This document shows, in pieces, positions 51,528-63,480 of a stretch of DNA of 64,000 nt (position 1 is the first letter of the stretch; every line of letters starts with the position of its first letter). The DNA lies in contig NIVC01002016.1 of assembly GCA_002269645.1 (NCBI GenBank), forward strand, positions 1-64,000, in the 5' to 3' direction. The notes under the pieces are model-generated. The model was given only the letters and a program-made list of their open reading frames with translations. It was not told the origin of the DNA and did not search any database. The translations under genes and the position numbers were made by a program. The DNA is from Macrostomum lignano (lineage: Eukaryota).

Positions 51528-52723
51528 TATAATCATAACTATTGTAACTGCTACGCAAACGGAATATCATGTGATCAGAAGGTTCACAAAATTGAGAATT
51601 TTTTCTATGGCCTGCGATGCAGGCCACCCGGTCACAATTGAGAGGACTTGTTTTCAATTCGTCAGGAAGAGGTTAAGACTTCTTTGCGATTGGCTGCAAT
51701 TGACAGCTTAATCTAAAAGTTTGAGCTAAACGAGTTTACAAGCTCATCAAACTTTGAGCCCTGTGATCCCAATTCCGAAAAACAGGGAAACTCAATCTTA
51801 ATGGCAGACCAAGGGCTTGGCTAAAAACGGAACTATGGGTTCGTATCTAAGCAATCAAAAACTCTTCGATCAATTGCAATCCAATATAAAAGTTGTACAA
51901 AAAAGTGTCAAAAAGTACTTTTCGCTTCAAGCGAAGCACTTTACAGATTGATTCTGAGCCCTCGCACAAGGGTCTATGGGTCTATCTACAAACTGTCTCC
52001 CACTGGCTCCGGGCGGGTCCTGTGTCTCAGTCTGTTTGACGAGGACGGCACGGACCGATCCGGACCCATTGCAGATCATTTCTTCTTGAGTGCAGTTCTC
52101 TTCGGTCTGTTTGTCTCCCTTTCTGTCCTGGGCAGGCAGAGATCTCGCAGACTCCAGCTACTGTTAACGAACTCTGCTATTGAATTGGGCGAAGAATTGT
52201 TGAGAAATCGAATACCTTCTCATTGGAATTCTGAGCTCTACTCCAACTATACTCGAGAACTGTACAAACAGATTGCCACCGGACATGCTCAAATTTCTCC
52301 GGTGGACGGAACCAGAGATGAGAAAAGAAGTTTTTTAGGACCAAATCCATGCGCTTCGGTTTTTAAAGGTCCCTGTAAAGGTTGGAGTCCATGATGCGCA
52401 AGAGAACGCAGCAGGAATTGTCAATATTCGGCAGGAATATGTGAGTTTGTGCGACACTTCAGTGGGCGCCTCGAATCCGAGGTTTGGAAGCAGCATTTGC
52501 AGCAAAATGCTCCCCAGCAACTGCGTATGACGCCGCAGTAGATTAAAGGCAACCGGAGTTTCCAATCAAGCAATTTTGCCCGCCAGCAACTCGCCCTCTG
52601 CTGTTTCTCGCCTGCCTAAATTGACAGGGACTGCCATCTGCCGATGAGGGCCTCAGGACACCCAGCTGATTGGTCCGCTGCCACCAATTACCGACCCGGC
52701 CTCCAGTGAAACTGATGGAGAAG

Positions 52724-52988
<265 letters not shown>

Positions 52989-54029
52989 CCGCAGGAATTG
53001 ATGGCTATATCTTGGTATTATTTGCCATATTATTTTCTCCCGGTCATAATAACGTGCTAAGGAACGTCAACTTCGATCTGAGCTGAGGAGTCCAAGTGCC
53101 AGCAAGGGCAGGCCGTTGAATTCCCTTCGGGATCCTCAATGATGCCAGAGATGCGAGCCGCTGTGGAATATTATTGCTCAAGGCGGGGTTAATTCCGTCT
53201 GACAACCGGGTGAGAGGCGGGTGGGAGGTGCTGCTCAGAATTGACTCAACCGTTTCAACCATTGGACAGCCTTCAAGCCGCGGAGGAAATGGAAAGTTTT
53301 CTTAGAAATTTCATCCCGATTGGATGCCGAGGATTCCATGATAAAAAATGGGGAAAAGACCGGTCTAGGGAGAACAACAGGCCACAGAAAGTCATTAATA
53401 AACCTTCTGAAGGTTGTTCGGAAATCTTTTCAAAGCTTGACGACAATATTTTTGTTACGCAGAGAGTCACTTTCAGTCAGGTAAGTGTATCAATACTCTG
53501 CAATGTTTTGCTATTGCTGAACTGCAGTGACACTGGTGGGGACTGTAGCGGACTCCCATAAAGATGCCGGTGAATCGGTTAATGAAAACATTTCGGAAGG
53601 AAAGAATCTCTGCGGTGGCGCTACCTGACCTGACGCAAAGGCGGGGGGGGGGAGACTCAAAGAAAGTAGCGATGTAGTGGCGGCCCCAGTTCGAGCTAAC
53701 TCTCGAGCTGCTAGCTTGTCAATCAGCCAGCCGCCCAGCAACTGGGTCGGTGAGAGTAGCCAATTTCCTGCACACCCCTTCATGTAACAGCGCTCGAAAT
53801 TCTCTTGTTGTGTTGATGTCGCTGGCGCCTTAATCCTGTGCAAATTACGGACAAGATTTGCCGGAGGCCTGTCTTCGCTGTGAAAAAATGAAGATGATTT
53901 GTTTTGAGTTTTTCTTGAACACTGTACGAGTAACTAACCTTTTTGACTTTCTCTCAAGCTCGACGTACCGTACGAGTGGTGTTTTACCATAGACAAAACT
54001 CAGTGTAGAAAATAAGAAAAATCTAGTAG

Positions 54030-54204
54030 TTAATAATAATATCTACTAGGCAGATGTGCAACCGACAGCTCAGCTGGGTAAACTGAAGCAATGCAGATTT
54101 AAGTGTCTTGCTCAAGGACACAAATTGTTCCCGAGTGGGTCGAGACTCGAACTCCCGACCTTTCAGTCGTTAGTCCGACGCTCTAACCACTAGGCTACAG
54201 CCTC
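54030..54204 (-). mobile_element. tRNA-derived CORE-type SINE
   Basis: Minus strand: GGCTGTAGCCTAGTGGTTAGAGCG (A box)..AGTTCGAGTC (B box), then TGTGTCCTTGAGCAAGACACTTAAATCTGCATTGCTTCAGTTTACCCAGCTG, resembling the CORE/MIR domain, then an (ATT)n-like tail. Confidence 0.75.
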
Positions 54205-54852
54205 TCTGGTAATAAACAAAGCACAGTGTCCTTGTACTTTAGTTGTCCATGGTGCAAATGTCAGAGTTCTCCATGGCAGAAGCGAACAAGCATGCCAGCG
54301 GCCGCTCCAGATCCTCTGCCTAGCACTCTATGGTGGCATTCATTTATGTCCATCGTGCCGCATATTTTTCTCAAAGTCTCAAAGTTTCACTCGACATCTC
54401 GTGTGCCAAAAATTTCCTCCGTCTTCTCCGAGTCCGGCGAAGCATGAAAAAACATCAAAACAAGCGCACAGAAGAGTCTGAAATGACTGCTTAGTGTCGT
54501 GATGATGCATTCTGGAAATTTCCACGAATTCTTCTCCCCCGGAGCCTTTTCGCTCCGTCTATTTAGGAAGATTTTGTGATCCCACTGAAATTCGAAATTA
54601 TTTATCCCACGAGACTCGAATGTCCTGGTTGGGGCGGTCGGCCTCTCCCAGGGAAACAGAGCGATGCCTCGTAGGAGAGCACGGGGAGAACTGCGCAGAG
54701 AAGCTGGCATTGAGAAATTGTAATCCCTTTGATGTTAATAAGCGCCGAAAATGCTAATCTCCTGAAAGGAATTAGGCCCGATAATCCGACGATAAGATTT
54801 GATCAAACAGATAGCAGCGGGAGACCCGCGTGCGATGGGCATTCTCTTGGTT

Positions 54853-55035
54853 TCCGGTCCGCACTTCCGGGTCCGCACTCCCGGGTCCGCACTTCCGGGT
54901 CCGCACTTCCGGGTCCGCACTTCCGGGTCCGCACTTCCGGGTACGCACTCCCGGGTCCGCACTTCCGGGTACGCACTCCCGGGTACGCACTCCCGGGTCC
55001 GCACTTCCGGGTACGCACTTCCGGGTCCGCACTTT
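54853..55035. repeat. 14-bp CpG-rich tandem repeat (GCACTTCCGGGTCC), ~13 units
   Basis: Directly visible; 8 units contain CACTTCCGG. Confidence 0.95.
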
Positions 55036-55160
55036 CTGGTTATTTCGCAGAGATATTGCGCAGGCGCGCAAATCCATGCGCAGATTATCGCGCAACAATC
55101 GTACAATAACCACAGAGCTACGCTTTAACAACCCTTCTCTACATCCACCACAGAAACCAG

Positions 55161-55483
55161 ATGACGTCACCATTCAGTCCGGCCGCCAAGGCCTGCGTGT
55201 GGACCGCTTTCGCAGGCGTGATGTTTGCCTCCCTGTTGGGCAACTCGCTGGTGGTGTGGATCATCCTAGCGCACAGCACGATGCGCAGCAGCACGAACAT
55301 CTTCCTAGTCAGCCTGAGCCTGTCCGACCTGCTCTTCAACCTGCTGCAGGTGGTGCCCAACGTGGCCAACGCAGTGGGAAACGGCTGGAGCTTCGGCTAT
55401 TATTACTGCGCCCTGTCCAACTTTATGACCACATTCTCCATATCGCTGTGCGTCTTCATCTTCATGGCCATTGCTATTGAAAG
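55161..55483 (+). CDS. GPCR exon 1 (TM1-TM3, ends IAIER)
   Basis: Donor AG|GTGATT, phase 2. Confidence 0.9.
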
Positions 55484-58400
55484 GTGATTTTTACGAACTG
55501 ATGCAGGCGCTGATCGATTATGAATATTTTTCTAGGTGATGCCCTTCTCGGGGATAAACGAGGGGTGCTCTGAAAGTTTCCGGATACGTAACAATGAACC
55601 CAGTTAACAAAGTGAAACTTAGTTACAACTTTTCAAAGTACTCTCCAGCAACTTGCATGCACCGATTCTTCATTATCTGAAACCTGTTGGTGAAGCATAG
55701 GGACCATTCACTTTGTCCTATGGTTACCACGCCATCGTGGTACGCTTGAACAGCCTCCTCACTGGATGAAAATCGACGCCCCTTCAGCTGACTTGACTTT
55801 CGGGGAACAAAAAAAGTCACACGGGGCCAGGTCTGGTGAGTAGGCTGAGTGTGTTAGCAATTGTACTCCAGAATCGGTCAAGAAGTCAACAGTCAAAGCA
55901 GCCGTGTGTGCCGGCGCGTTGTCATGGTGCCACAGAAGACCACGGACTCCAGTTCCAGGACGTCGTTCGGCCCATGCGTTGAGGACTTTTGGTACACAGA
56001 CGTTGGTGTACCAATGTGCTGTCACCGTCTGCTGACCCAGGAGCGCTACTGAGGCCACATAGCCCGAGCAGCTGAAGAATGCTGCGACCATCTTCTTTCC
56101 TGAACTCCTGGATCGGATGGCCTTCTGAGGGGCATCCTCGTCGGGAAAGCACTGCACTGCGATGATTGACGCTTTGTCTCGGGGTCGAAATTGTAAATCC
56201 ATGTTTCATCACCTGTTAGAATGTCAAAAACAGACCGCTGGTGTCCACTGTTGAATTTGGTGAGCATGAACCGGCACCACTCCACCCTGGCAGTCTTCTG
56301 GTCAGCAGTGAGGCAGTGGGGGATCCACCGGGCACTCCTCTTTTGCACTCGAAGGTGTTGGTGCAGGATCTCATTAAGTGCCCCTGATCCATCTCCAGGC
56401 TTGCCTCGAGCTGGCGGTAGGTGATTCGAGGATCCTCTAAGATAGCCGCTCTGCCTCATTAATGTTTTGCTGGGTAACTGCGGTTGCAGGCCTGCCACAA
56501 CGAGGCTCATCTTGGAGGTGCTGCCGACCGCGTCTGAATTCCGCATACCAGTCAAAAACTGTTGGTGCGATGGTGCAGAGTCTTGAAAACAGCTTTGAAG
56601 CCGATTTAGTGATTCTTGGGGTGATAAATCCATTTTGCAGTCAATAAATCATGGCTCTGAAATGCTCACGAGAGAGTTCCATGGCTGCTGCGTGTTCCTG
56701 GGTGGGGGTACGATCGAAAAATAATAAATAGCTCAAGGCAGCAAACCCGTCTATGGCTAAAATTGGAGGTACAAACTCAGAACATATTTTTATACCAACA
56801 AATAAAATATCTGAACCCTAAAACAAGCCATCTTGCTGCATCCGGAAACTTTCAGAGCAAACCTCACATGAGCATTTAACCACCATTTTTCACAATCGCC
56901 CCTCTCCCACCCTCTTTCCTCCCCTCTCCCACCCTCTTTCCTCCCCTCTCCCACCCTCTTTCCTCCCCTCTCCCGCCCTCTTTCCTCCCCTCTCCCACCC
57001 TCTTTCCTCCCCTCTCCCACCCTCTTTCCTCCCCTCTCCCACCCTCTTTCCTCCCCTCTCCCACCCTCTTTCCTCCCCTCTCCCGCCCTCTTTCCTCCCC
57101 TCTCCCACCCTCTTTCCTCCCCTCTCCCGCCCTCTTTCCTCCCCTCTCCCACCATCTTTCCTCCCCTCTCCCACCCTCTTTCCTCCCCTCTCCCGCCCTC
57201 TTTCCTCCCCTCTCCCACCATCTTTCCTCCCCTCTCCCACCCTCTTCCTCCCCTCTCCCGCCCTCTTTCCTCCCCTCTCCCGCCCTCTTTCCTCCCCTCT
57301 CCCACCCTCTTTCCTCCCCTCTCCCATCCTTTTTCTCCTCTCTCTGACCCTCTTTCTCCGCCTACCCACACCCTCTTTACACCCCTTTTACATTCCTTTG
57401 CATTTACCTCCTCATTCCGCCAGGTACCTGGTCATCGTGCATCCCCTGCGGCCGAGGCCAAAGCGAATCTCCATCCTGTGCAGCGTCATCTTCATCTGGT
57501 TGTTCAGCATCCTCAGCGCTGCTCCGTCGGCCGCGTCCAGCAAAATTGTTGAACTGAATGGCACGCAGACCTGCCAGATTGAGAAGGGGTTCAACGACGT
57601 GTGAGAACTTCGCTTGTTCGCTGAGCACTCTGCTCAATTTCGACCTGTTGCTATGTGGATGTCACTGGATTGTTATTGTTGCTATGCGGATGTAATTAAA
57701 TTGTTACTGTTGCTATGCGGATGTGACTGAATTGTTGCTGTTGCTATGCGGATGTGAAGCAACAGATGAATTCTGCCACTATATTTCATACACCAAGACG
57801 GCTGACTCAAAAGCAGACAAATGTAAAATTCAAAATCTACAACAACAAATTTAAACTTTCACATTTTCACTCAATTGCCATCCAGGCTGAACCCGCTGCT
57901 GTTCACCCTGCAGTACCTCATGCCCCTGGTGGTGGTCTGCTGCCTCTACGTCAACATCGGGGCGAAGCTGTGGCGTCACCGACCTATCGGGGAGCGGCCG
58001 CAGGGCCAAGAGGAATCGGTCAGGGCCAAGAGAAAGGCAAGTGGGAAAATTGGGATATGAGTGTTGGGGTTTTGGAAGTTGGGATTTTGGGAGTTGAGAT
58101 TTTGGGAGTTGGAATTTCGGGAGTTGGGATTTTGGGAGTTGGGATTTTGGGAGTTGGGATTTTGGGAGTTGGGATTTTGGGAGTTGGGATTTTGGGAGTT
58201 GGGATTTTGGGAGTTGGGATTTTGGGAGTTGGGATTTTGGGAGTTGGGATTTTGGGAGTTGGGATTTTGGGAGTTGGGATTTTGGGAGTTGGGATTTTGG
58301 GAGTTGGGATTTTGGGAGTTGAGATTTTGGGAGATGAGATTATGGAAGTTGCGATTTCGGAAGTTGAGATTTTGGGAGATGAGATGAGATTTTGGGAGAT

Positions 58401-59557
58401 GAGATGAGATTTTGGGAGATGAGATTTTAGGAGTTGAGATTTTCTTGACTGATAAACTGATAAATACATAGCAACCGTTGCCACGGACTCAGTGCTCAGC
58501 GCGGTAGCTCACCGGTAAACCAATAATCCAACGTAGGTGGTGCTCATGATGATCACCGTGGTGACAATCTTTGCGCTGTGCTGGCTGCCCTACCAGCTGA
58601 GCTTCTTCGTCATGCACCTGTTCTCAGCCGAACTATTCGTTGCCGTGTACTTTCTGGCCGTCTGCAGCACAGTGTCCAACCCCATAATCTACTGCAGCAT
58701 GAATAGAAAGTGAGAAGGGATGCTGGATGCACTGGGAGAGGAAAGAGGAGAGAGGGAGAGGACACGAAATGAGAGAAAAGACAGGAGAGGCGAGAGACGA
58801 GAGAAGACAGGAGAAGGGAGAGAGGACAGGAGAGAGGACAGGAGAGAGGACGGGAGAGAGGACAGGAGAGAGGACAGGAGAGAGGACAGGAGAGAGGACA
58901 GGAGAGAGGACAGGAGAGAGGACAGGAGAGAGGACAGGAGAGAGGACAGGAGAGAGGACAGGAGAGAGGACAGGAGAGAGGACAGGAGATAGGACAGGAG
59001 AGAGGACAGGAGAGAGGACAGGAGAGAGGACAGGAGAGAGGACAGGAGAGAGGACAGGAGAGAGGACAGGAGAGAGGACAGGAGAGAGGACAGGAGAGAG
59101 GACAGGAGAGAGGACAGGAGAGAGGACAGGAGAGAGGACAGGAGAGAGGACAGGAGAGAGGACAGGAGAGAGGACAGGAGAGAGGACAGGAGAGAGGACA
59201 GGAGAGAGGACAGGAGAGAGGACAGGAGAGAGGACAGGCTCAGGCAGTAAGCGGGACTCCTGGCAAACCCGCAGCTTTCGGCTCGGCTTCCAGTGGGCCT
59301 TCCGCTGGCTGCCCTGTGTGCCGGCCGTCGACGCTGCCAGGTACGCCGAGCTGCGCCACGGACGGGCCAAGGTGAAGGCCGTCGCGACTGCGGCAGCCGC
59401 AGCGGCAGCAGCAGCCGCCCCGGCTGCCGCCAGCTGCGAATGCGAGACCGAGCTCAACCTGATGCAGCGTCGCCGGCAGCTGAGGCTGCTCGAATCCGAT
59501 GGCGACGAGGTTGAAGCCGAATCTGCCGAGTTCGACGGAATTCAAAATTCCGTTTGA
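55161..59557 (+). CDS. Tachykinin-receptor-like class A GPCR gene span, 5 coding exons, 368 aa (may lack an upstream exon)
   Basis: [61 protein letters not shown]; these segments closely recall TACR/NK receptors. All phases join. Confidence 0.85.
55559..56866 (-). mobile_element. Full-length decayed mariner (Tc1/mariner, DD34D), 1308 bp, in GPCR intron 1
   Basis: 27-bp TIRs CGAGGGGTGCTCTGAAAGTTTCCGGAT (55559-55585) and ATCCGGAAACTTTCAGAGCAAACCTCA (56840-56866), 24/27 matching. Confidence 0.93.
55623..56682 (-). pseudogene. Mariner transposase pseudogene with several frameshifts
   Basis: [61 protein letters not shown] distributed over different frames. Confidence 0.93.
56900..57375. repeat. 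22-bp polypyrimidine repeat (CCTCTTTCCTCCCCTCTCCCAC)
   Basis: Directly visible. Confidence 0.96.
57424..57600 (+). CDS. GPCR exon 2 ([13 protein letters not shown]4..[10 protein letters not shown])
   Basis: CCGCCAG| and GT|GTGAGA. Confidence 0.9.
57645..57755. repeat. Short ~31-bp repeat (TGTTGCTATGCGGATGT..), about 4 copies, GPCR intron 2
   Basis: Directly visible. Confidence 0.85.
57886..58036 (+). CDS. GPCR exon 3 (TM5 LQYLMPL..ICL3..RAKRK), GC donor
   Basis: ATCCAG| and AAG|GCAAGT, phase 0. Confidence 0.85.
58065..58445. repeat. 15-bp G-triplet repeat (GGGATTTTGGGAGTT), GPCR intron 3
   Basis: Directly visible. Confidence 0.97.
58537..58709 (+). CDS. GPCR exon 4 (TM6 CWLPY, TM7 NPIIY)
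   Basis: ACGTAG| and AA|GTGAGA. Confidence 0.9.
58800..59237. repeat. 12-bp repeat (GGAGAGAGGACA), GPCR intron 4
   Basis: Directly visible. Confidence 0.97.
59275..59557 (+). CDS. GPCR exon 5 (helix 8 [10 protein letters not shown]-tail)
   Basis: CCGCAG| acceptor, TGA 59555-59557. Confidence 0.88.
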
Positions 59558-59579
59558 CTCACTTCGAGCCCTCAATGGC

Positions 59580-61030
59580 GGAACCTGACCCTTGTTGACG
59601 GAGCCTGACCCTTGTTGACGGAGCCTGACCCCTGTTGACGGAGCCTGACCCCTGTTGACGGAGCCTGACCCTTTTTGATGGAGCCTGACCCACAATGATG
59701 AAGCCTGACCCACAATGATGGAGCCTGACCCTTGTTGATGAAGCCTGACCCTTGTTGACGGAGCCTGACGCTTGTTGATGGAGCCTGACCCTTGTTGATG
59801 AAGCCTGACCCTTGTTGACGGAGCCTGACCCTTGTTGATGGAGCCTGACCCACAATGACGGAGCCTGGCCCTTGTTGATGAAGCCTGACCCTTGTTGACG
59901 GAGCCTGACCCTTGTTGATGGAGCCTGACCCACAATGACGGAGCCTGGCCCTTGTTGATGAAGCCTGACCCTTGTTGACGGAGCCTGACCCTTGTTGATG
60001 GAGCCTGACCTTTGTTGATATAGGCTGACCCTTGTTGATGAAGCCTGACCCTTGTTGACGGAGCCTGACGCTTGTTGATGGAGCCTGACCCTTGTTGATG
60101 AAGCCTGACCCTTGTTGACGGAGCCTGACCCTTGTTGATGGAGCCTGACCCACAATGACGGAGCCTGGCCCTTGTTGATGAAGCCTGACCCTTGTTGACG
60201 GAGCCTGACCCTTGTTGATGGAGCCTGACCCACAATGACGGAGCCTGGCCCTTGTTGATGAAGCCTGACCCTTGTTGACGGAGCCTGACCCTTGTTGATG
60301 GAGCCTGACCTTTGTTGATATAGGCTGACCCTTGTTGATGAAGCCTGACCCTTGTTGACAGAGCCTGACCCTTGTTGATGGAGCCTGACCCACAATGATG
60401 AAGCCTGGCCCTTGTTGATGAAGCCTGACCCTTGTTGATATAGGCTGACCCTTGTTGATGTAGCCTGACCCACAATGACGGAGCCTGGTCCTTGTTGATG
60501 GAGCCTGACCCTTGTTGACGGAGCCTGACCCCAATTGACAAAGTCTGACCCTCATTGACAAAGCCTGACATTTGTTGATGGAGCCTGACCCTTGTTGATG
60601 AAGCCTGACCCTTGTTGACGGAGCCTGACCCTTGTTGATGTAGGCTGACCCACAATGATGGAGCCTGACCCTTGTTGACGGAGCCTGACCCTTGTTGATG
60701 GAGCCTGACCCACAATGATGGAGCCTGACCCTTGTTGATGTTGCCTGACCCTTGTTGATATAGGCTGACCCTTGTTTATGGAGCCTGACCCACAATGACG
60801 GAGCCTGGCCCTTGTTGATGAAGCCTGACCCTTGTTGATAAAGCCTGACCCTTGTTGATGGAGCCTGACCCTTGTTGATGGAGCCTGACCCACAATGACG
60901 GAGCCTGACTCTTGTTGATGGAGTCTGACCCACAATGATGTTTGGCTGACCCTTATTGACAAGGTCTGACCCTCATTGACGGATTTTGACCCTCATTGAC
61001 GCAGCCTGACCCTTGTTGACGGAGCCTGAC
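59580..61030. repeat. 20-bp minisatellite (GAGCCTGACCCTTGTTGATG) directly after the GPCR stop codon
   Basis: Directly visible. Confidence 0.97.
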
Positions 61031-62034
61031 TCACTCTTTTGAAGCTAAATCGATAAAATTAGCAAAGAATAAACGAGTGTTATTGATTCAGTTCTAAAAC
61101 TGCTGCATTCAAACTGATATATGCTTCATTAGCGAGTAGGTGCCGAGTTGCCTGACTTTTTGCCGCTAGCAGCCTCCACTCGGACCGCATTGTAACCTTT
61201 TTCCTAGATCGAACCGGGACTCTCTAAAGGCCTCCCCCAGCCTGCCTTATTTGGTTTCGACTGTGCCGGCGCAAAAAGTTAAAGAGACATCAACAATCAT
61301 TTAGTATGAATTTGCTAAGTTGTTAAGCAAACAATTACGAGTCTCACCCACCCCATTGCACCGGTCGAGCATCTTAGCCAGCCCAGAGGAAAGACCCCGG
61401 GTTGAGTAGGTAAACAATGTAGAGAATTAGCCTAGATAAAACCTACACTGGCTCTGTTCCCAGAGTTCTGACTAGAAATATTGTTGACATTTCTGTTTGA
61501 GCATTGGCGCAAGATTACAACAGGCAGGAATGCACCGCGAAATGAAGAGCTTGTTGACTTAGTAAGAATCGTTTTGTGACAGAGTTTCTGGTCACAATTT
61601 GTTTGGTACAGTCAGTCAGTCAGTCAGTTGATCTCGCTATTGGTTGGCTTGCCAGCGGTCGCCGACCCACCCCACCTGTGGCGGGGTGCGCGCCTCAGAA
61701 ACGCGAGCATAAAAGTGAGCACCGCGATGGTGACTCTGAGCTAAAAAGTCGCCGAGTAATTAATTGAATTCAGCCTAGCAAGCGGATCGAAGGCGCCAGT
61801 TTTTTGCCTTCTCATAGCCTAACCAAGTAGCCTGTGGGTATTGCTGGGTCACAGTGCGCCGCAGTCAGTAATATCATAGGTTGCTCGGTTTGGCTTCAAG
61901 GCCGAGCTTCGAGTTCCAATTCAAATCCTGTCCAACTGCCAGCAACTGCAGATTGGATTTCTGTAAGTGAATCCCGCTTGTGGGGACGTCGGGGCCGGTT
62001 CTGTGGGATTCTTCAACGGGTGATTGTTGAATGG

Positions 62035-63480
62035 GATCTTCTAGGGTGGGATTCTGAGATGGATTCTTCTAGGGTGGGATTCTGAGATGAGATCTTCTAG
62101 GGTGGGATTCTGAGATGGGATCTTCTAGGGTGGGATTCTGAGATGGATTCTTCTAGGACTGGGGTCTGAGATGGGATCTACTAGGACTGGATTCTGAGAT
62201 GGGATCTACTGGGGTGGGATTCTGAGATGGATTCTTCTAGGGTGGGATTCTGAGATGGGATCTTCTAGGGCGGGATTCTGAGATGGGATCTACTAGGACA
62301 GGATTCTGAGATGGGATTCTTCTAGGGTGGGATTCTGAGATGGATTCTTCTAGGGTGGGATTCTGAGATGGATTCTTCTAGGGTGGGATTCTGAGATGGG
62401 ATCTTCTAGGACGGGATTCTGAGATGGGATCTACTAGGACGGGATTCTGAGATGGGATTCTTCTAGGGTGGGATTCTGAGATGGATTCTTCTAGGGTGGG
62501 ATTCTGAGATGGATTCTTCTAGGTGGGATTCTGAGATGGGATCTTCTAGGACGGGATTCTGAGATGGATTCTTCTAGGGTGGGATTCTGAGATGGGATCT
62601 TCTAGGACGGGATTCTGAGATGGGATCTACTAGGACTGGATTCTGAGATGGGATCTACTGGGGTGGGATTCTGAGATGGATTCTTCTAGGGTGGGATTCT
62701 GAGATGGGATCTTCTAGGGCGGGATTCTGAGATGGGATCTACTAGGACAGGATTCTGAGATGGGATTCTTCTAGGGTGGGATTCTGAGATGGATTCTTCT
62801 AGGGTGGGATTCTGAGATGGATTCTTCTAGGGTGGGATTCTGAGATGGGATCTTCTAGGACGGGATTCTGAGATGGGATCTACTAGGACGGGATTCTGAG
62901 ATGGGATTCTTCTAGGGTGGGATTCTGAGATGGATTCTTCTAGGGTGGGATTCTGAGATGGATTCTTCTAGGGTGGGATTCTGAGATGGGATCTTCTAGG
63001 ACGGGATTCTGAGATGGGATCTTCTAGGACGGGATTCTGAGATGGGATCTACTAGGACTGGATTCTGAGATGGGATCTACTGGAGTAGGATTCTAAGATG
63101 GGATCTTCTAAGGCGGGACTCTAAGATGGGATCTTCTAGGGTGGGACTCTAAGATGGGATCTTCTAGGGCGGGACTCTAAGATGGGATCTTCTAGGACGG
63201 GATTCTGAAATGGGATCTACTGGGATGGGATTCTAAGATGGGATTTTCTACGGCGGGATACTAAGATTGGATCTTCTAGGGTAAGATTCAAAGATGGGAT
63301 CTTCTAGGGTGAGGTTTTAAGATGGGGTCCACTGGGTTGGGATTCTAAGATGGGATCTACTGGGGTTGAGATTTTAATATTGGATTTTCTAGGAATTTTA
63401 AAATGAAAGCTTCTAGAGTTGGATTCTAAGATGGGATGTAGTAAGGGTGGGATTTTAGTAGAACGGGGTCACCTTGGGTG
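62035..63480. repeat. 27-28 bp minisatellite (GGGTGGGATTCTGAGATGGGATCTTCTA), decaying toward its 3' end
   Basis: Directly visible. Confidence 0.96.

Noticed and set aside
54130-54204. Functional tRNA gene
   Set aside because: Acceptor and anticodon stems do not pair properly, and the sequence runs into a CORE-like domain; better explained as a SINE head.
59240-60962. 300-490 aa minus-strand ORFs
   Set aside because: 20-bp satellite translations, antisense to the GPCR 3' end.
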